Shown here piece by piece: positions 47,146 to 50,947 of a stretch of 50,947 bases of DNA (the stretch's first letter is position 1; each line of letters begins with the position of its first letter). Location: the NCBI GenBank assembly GCA_046301955.1, contig JBKCJE010000055.1, positions 1-50,947 of the forward strand, written 5' to 3'. Both the position numbers and the translations under genes were made by a program. The stretch comes from Bacteroidota bacterium. Lineage in GTDB: Bacteria; Bacteroidota; Bacteroidia; NS11-12g; UBA955. The notes below the pieces were generated by a model, which did no database searches, was not told where the DNA came from, and saw only the letters and a list, made by a program, of their open reading frames with translations.

Positions 47146-48017
47146 TTGAAATTCCAGCGCTGTATTTGTAGGCTCTTTTCAAGGGTGTTCTCCCGGGTGT
47201 CTAGTAGGTTTGGGAAGAAATCGCGGCCGGTGATTTTTTCTACGGCATCGATGCTCAGCGCAAAACTACTGAGGGGTAGGGCGGAACCCATGTTCGAGAA
47301 TACAAAGCCGATGGCCCGCGCAGGCTGTGCGGTGTCTAATACCACTTTATAGAATCGCTTGGGGACAGAAATGCGGTTGTATCGTCCGATAAACTGGGAG
47401 AGGGTATCGGTCAGTACCGGACCAGTGACAATGAATAGTGGTCTGTTGGCGGGCGCCCAATCGCGGATTTTTTCCTCGAGTTGTTTCCAAATGCCTCGGT
47501 TTAATCCAGGGCGTTGGGGCGATATGTTGCTGGTATAAAAGGATTCAGCCATGGCTTGGCCAGAGTATTTCATGTCGGCGGCGGGCGCGAGATGTCCGCG
47601 ATCGAACCCCGATTTGGTATAATCCTCGGTTCTAGCTGTACGGGGCAGTATGATGGGATCCACGATGAAGCGACTCTCGCGCTCCGCCGCCCCGATTGTA
47701 TTGGACAATCTAAGTTCGTAAGCGACCCAGTTGGCTTGCATGTGTTTGTGGTTGTAAGAAACACTATAGGCGCTGTGTTTGGTGATTTTTTCGCCCGCAT
47801 TGAGTAACGGACAGCCCCAAGTGGGTGTAGTAGCGGAACGAGAAGTGTAATTGGCGATGGGATCGCTGAACTGCCCCAACTTTGAATATTGGTGGGGTTG
47901 CCTGAAAGAGGGCAGGGTTAGTGCCAATGCGATGAACCATATTGCCATGCGTGACAATTTTAGCCAACGCAACCCAGCAGTTAGACGAGTAATACGGTAC
48001 GATTTTTTGGGCGACAT
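47142..48017 (-). CDS. DNA/RNA non-specific endonuclease (NucA/EndoG family)
   Basis: ANWVAY, GFDRGHLAPAAD, ESFYTSNISPQ, NRGIWKQLE, VPKRFYKV; signal-like N-terminus. Confidence 0.93.
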   Translation of the reverse strand: MSPKKSYRITRLTAGLRWLKLSRMAIWFIALALTLPSFRQPHQYSKLGQFSDPIANYTSRSATTPTWGCPLLNAGEKITKHSAYSVSYNHKHMQANWVAYELRLSNTIGAAERESRFIVDPIILPRTARTEDYTKSGFDRGHLAPAADMKYSGQAMAESFYTSNISPQRPGLNRGIWKQLEEKIRDWAPANRPLFIVTGPVLTDTLSQFIGRYNRISVPKRFYKVVLDTAQPARAIGFVFSNMGSALPLSSFALSIDAVEKITGRDFFPNLLDTRENTLEKSLQIQRWNFN

Positions 48018-48023
48018 GCCCCG

Positions 48024-49034
48024 CTAAGATAGGATTTTTCTCACAATACGGGGTCCCACGTAAATGAAACCGGTATACACTTGCACCAAACTTGCTCCCC
48101 GTGAAATTTTTCCTTCAAAATCTTCTTTGGTGAAAACTCCGCCCACACCAATCAAAGGAATTTCACTGCCAAGCTCCATGGCCAAGAATCCCAAAATTGT
48201 GTTGGATGCTTCGTAAACGGGTTTTCCGCTCAATCCGCCGGCGCCCATCTGTTCCACTTTGGATTTTGAGGTATTGAGGTTACTTCGATCGATGGTGGTG
48301 TTGGTGGCAATCACGCCATCCACCTTTGCCTTGCGAATGGTTTGAATCAACTCATGTACTTGCGATTGCTGAAAATCGGGTGCAATTTTTAAAAATATGG
48401 GTTTCCAAATCCTGCGCTCAGCGCGCAATGCCTGCAGTTTGATGAATAAATCGCAAATGAACTCGTCTTCTTGCAAATCGCGCAAACCGGGTGTGTTGGG
48501 AGAAGAAATGTTGACTACTATGTAATCGACATGGTCATAAATGGCGTCGAAGGCAATGGTATAATCTTGTGCCGCTTGTTCGTTCGGGGTGACTTTGTTC
48601 TTGCCGATGTTTCCGCCTACAACCAATCCGGCAGGACGGTTTTTCAATCTCGCTACAACGGCCTCTATGCCTTCATTGTTGAAGCCCATCCGGTTAATCA
48701 ATGCATTGTCTTGGGGCAAACGAAACAATCGGGGTGCGGGATTTCCAGGTTGTGGTAAAGGTGTTACAGTACCAATTTCTACGTGGCCAAATCCCAAATC
48801 TTTCAACAACGGCAACCATTTTGCGTTTTTATCAAATCCTGCCGCCAATCCCACCGCGTTGGGGAAAGTGATGCCGGCAACCACCAACGGCTTTGCATTA
48901 ATGGGCTGGAAACTCTGCCTAACCCACGCACCGATCACAGGTATACGCAGTACTATTTGCAAACTTTTTAACGCAAATTCATGGGCAACTTCTGGTGGTA
49001 GGAGGAAAAAAAGCGATTTGAGGAGGTTGTACAT
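48024..49034 (-). CDS. pyrD: Quinone-dependent dihydroorotate dehydrogenase
   Basis: GLAAGFDKN, GTVTP..QPGN, NRMGFNN, NIGKN, NISSPNTPGLR, KIAPD, GGLSG. Confidence 0.97.
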   Translation of the reverse strand: MYNLLKSLFFLLPPEVAHEFALKSLQIVLRIPVIGAWVRQSFQPINAKPLVVAGITFPNAVGLAAGFDKNAKWLPLLKDLGFGHVEIGTVTPLPQPGNPAPRLFRLPQDNALINRMGFNNEGIEAVVARLKNRPAGLVVGGNIGKNKVTPNEQAAQDYTIAFDAIYDHVDYIVVNISSPNTPGLRDLQEDEFICDLFIKLQALRAERRIWKPIFLKIAPDFQQSQVHELIQTIRKAKVDGVIATNTTIDRSNLNTSKSKVEQMGAGGLSGKPVYEASNTILGFLAMELGSEIPLIGVGGVFTKEDFEGKISRGASLVQVYTGFIYVGPRIVRKILS

Positions 49035-49081
49035 GGGTTGGTTCTAGGCTTATAGACGCAATGAAACGCGTGAATGTTTGC

Positions 49082-50581
49082 TTAGTGTTTGAAATGACGA
49101 ACGCCAGTTGTTAACATGGTCATGCCGTTGGCGTTGCAGTAGTCGATCGACAATTGATCTTTGATGCTGCCGCCCGGTTGTACCACCGCGTTGATCCCTG
49201 ATTTATCGGCGATTTCTACACAATCGGGGAAAGGGAAGAAAGCATCACTCGCCATCACAGCACCTTCCAATTCAAATCCAAAGCGGTTGGCCTTTTCAAT
49301 GGCTTGTTGCAGGGCGTCTACACGCGATGTTTGTCCGGTACCGCTGGCCAATAACTGCTGGTTTTTCACCAAAACGATGGTGTTGCTCTTGGTCTGTTTT
49401 ACCAATTTTACCGCAAATTCTAAGTCGTGCAGCTGCGATTCAGTTGGCAAAGTTTCTGTAACCGCAGTCATGTTTAACTGGGTTTCAGTGAGGCTATCAC
49501 GATCTTGGATTAACTGTCCGTTCAAAGCAGTTCTTACCATATTGGGGTTCAAGGCGATATTTCCGGTAGTCTCCAATACAATGCGATTGTTTTTGCCTTT
49601 CAACAATTCCAGGGCATCCGCATCGTAGGCCGGCGCGATCAATACTTCAAAAAACAACTGGTTGATTTCTGTGGCCGTGGCCAAATCTATCGTTGTATTC
49701 GTGGCCAAAATACCACCAAATGCGCTCACGGGATCACAAGACAAAGCTGTTTTCCAAGCATCTAGCACGGTTTCGCGTGTGGCAACACCACAGGCGTTGT
49801 TGTGTTTAATAATGTTGAAAGTAGCACCTGCGTGTGTGTCAAACTCGTTCAACAAACACACGGCACTGTCAACATCCAGTAGGTTGTTATACGACAATTC
49901 CTTGCCTTGGTGCTTGGTGAACATGGCTTCCAAATTGCCATTGAAATAACCCTTTTGGTGGGGATTTTCACCATAGCGAAGGGTGTAAGTTTTGTTGCCT
50001 GCAAACCAATTGGCAATCAGGCCATCGTATTCAGCGGTAACGGCAAATGCCTTACCGGCAAATGCTTTGCGCTGCGCCAAGCTCAAACTGCCATTGCCCT
50101 CAGTGAAGGCTTCTAAGAAGGTATTGTATTCGTTTTTGTGGGCGATGATGGTTGTGTGTGCATGGTTTTTGGCACCCGCGCGAATCAATGAAACACCGCC
50201 AATGTCAATCTTTTCGATGATGTCAACTTCGCTACCACCTGCAGCCACCGTCTCTGCAAAAGGATACAAATCCACCATCACCAAGTCGTACAATGGGATT
50301 TCATACTGTGCGATCTCTTGCATGTCTTGATCCAACTCCCTGCGCGCCAAAATGCCACCGAAAACTTTTGGGTGTAACGTTTTTACGCGACCGCCCAAAA
50401 TAGAAGGATAGCCGGTGATGTCTTCAACGGCCACACAGGGGATGCCCATGTCTTCGATGAACTTGCGGGTTCCGCCGGTAGAATAAAGGGTTACATTTTT
50501 TTCGTGCAGTACTTGTACGATCTTATCTAATCCGTCTTTGTAAAAAACGGAAATCAATGCAGATTGAATGGGTGAATTCAC
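49082..50581 (-). CDS. purH: Bifunctional AICAR transformylase/IMP cyclohydrolase
   Basis: ALISV, STGGT, GGRVKTLHP, IDIGG, LRYGENPHQ, SYNNLLD, ASDAFFPF, RHFKH. Confidence 0.98.
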   Translation of the reverse strand: MNSPIQSALISVFYKDGLDKIVQVLHEKNVTLYSTGGTRKFIEDMGIPCVAVEDITGYPSILGGRVKTLHPKVFGGILARRELDQDMQEIAQYEIPLYDLVMVDLYPFAETVAAGGSEVDIIEKIDIGGVSLIRAGAKNHAHTTIIAHKNEYNTFLEAFTEGNGSLSLAQRKAFAGKAFAVTAEYDGLIANWFAGNKTYTLRYGENPHQKGYFNGNLEAMFTKHQGKELSYNNLLDVDSAVCLLNEFDTHAGATFNIIKHNNACGVATRETVLDAWKTALSCDPVSAFGGILATNTTIDLATATEINQLFFEVLIAPAYDADALELLKGKNNRIVLETTGNIALNPNMVRTALNGQLIQDRDSLTETQLNMTAVTETLPTESQLHDLEFAVKLVKQTKSNTIVLVKNQQLLASGTGQTSRVDALQQAIEKANRFGFELEGAVMASDAFFPFPDCVEIADKSGINAVVQPGGSIKDQLSIDYCNANGMTMLTTGVRHFKH

Positions 50582-50585
50582 AGCA

Positions 50586-50593
50586 CAAAATTA
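50586..50593 (-). promoter_or_regulatory. -7 element TAATTTTG, 4 nt before the purH GTG
   Basis: Exact consensus. Confidence 0.65.
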
Positions 50594-50681
50594 GGGCTAA
50601 TTGCCACGATTCGGGGCGATAAAACCTTGAAGTTTATCCCAAGTTTTTCACAACCTGAAAGGCATGGGTTAATTGTCCGAT

Positions 50682-50873
50682 CTATCGCTCCGCGTTTGGA
50701 TCGATGTCTCTGCCTCCCCGACGGTGTTTGGGGGTGTACGGACAATGTCTGCAACCATTCCCGCAACAAAATCCGCGCTTCTGGTGGTAGGCTCCAGTGA
50801 AGACCAAAAAGCCGTTTTCGAAATAATAATCCGCCTCTGCTGGTTTCTCAACCTTGGGATCAGTCTTTGCCAT
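50682..50873 (-). CDS. Small Cys-rich DUF5522-like protein
   Basis: DYYFENGFLVFT..YH.KRGFCCGNGCRHCPY; start refined to ATG 50873. Confidence 0.8.
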   Translation of the reverse strand: MAKTDPKVEKPAEADYYFENGFLVFTGAYHQKRGFCCGNGCRHCPYTPKHRRGGRDIDPNAER

Positions 50874-50947
50874 GACAAGCTTTGAACTTTTTACCGCTGC
50901 CGCAAGGACAAGGGTCGTTCCGTCCAATCTTCAAATCGTTGATAATT

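Noticed and set aside
47142-48017. Nuclease plus neighbouring hypothetical gene as a defence or toxin-immunity pair
   Set aside because: The genes are convergent, and the enzyme looks like an ordinary exported DRGH nuclease downstream of purH-pyrD.

Overview
Gene-dense chromosomal window from a Bacteroidota genome. The assignment is inferred from porT next to ubiE, three T9SS C-terminal-domain proteins, TAnnTTTG promoters and no obvious Shine-Dalgarno sites; crtY-blh suggests a light-exposed aquatic lineage. About 43 CDS and one tRNA-His, mostly housekeeping: engB, ubiE, porT, tgt, lptF/G, rlmI, nif3, dnaK, panB, fsa, crtY, blh, PTPS, folE, a GT4-AsnB-Wzx glycan trio, gdh, psd, the N-terminal half of metH, leucine dehydrogenase, recJ, pntAA/AB/B, pyrD and purH. 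No mobile element, CRISPR array or defence island was seen. Most unusual signals: (1) three long GC-rich hairpins or palindromes inside unrelated coding sequences, each where the + strand turns from G/T-rich to C/A-rich (strong at two sites, weak at one); (2) folE broken by an in-frame TAA at a usually-Tyr codon with two nearby Lys-codon changes, plus a second suspicious TAA in the flippase; (3) five genes whose start codon lies exactly 4 nt after the -7 promoter element, implying leaderless mRNAs; (4) a sigma54-like promoter before dnaK; (5) a 90-aa LysR protein with only the DNA-binding part; (6) a secreted Cys-rich low-complexity protein. Family calls come from motif recognition only, with no database searches; base counts are by hand.
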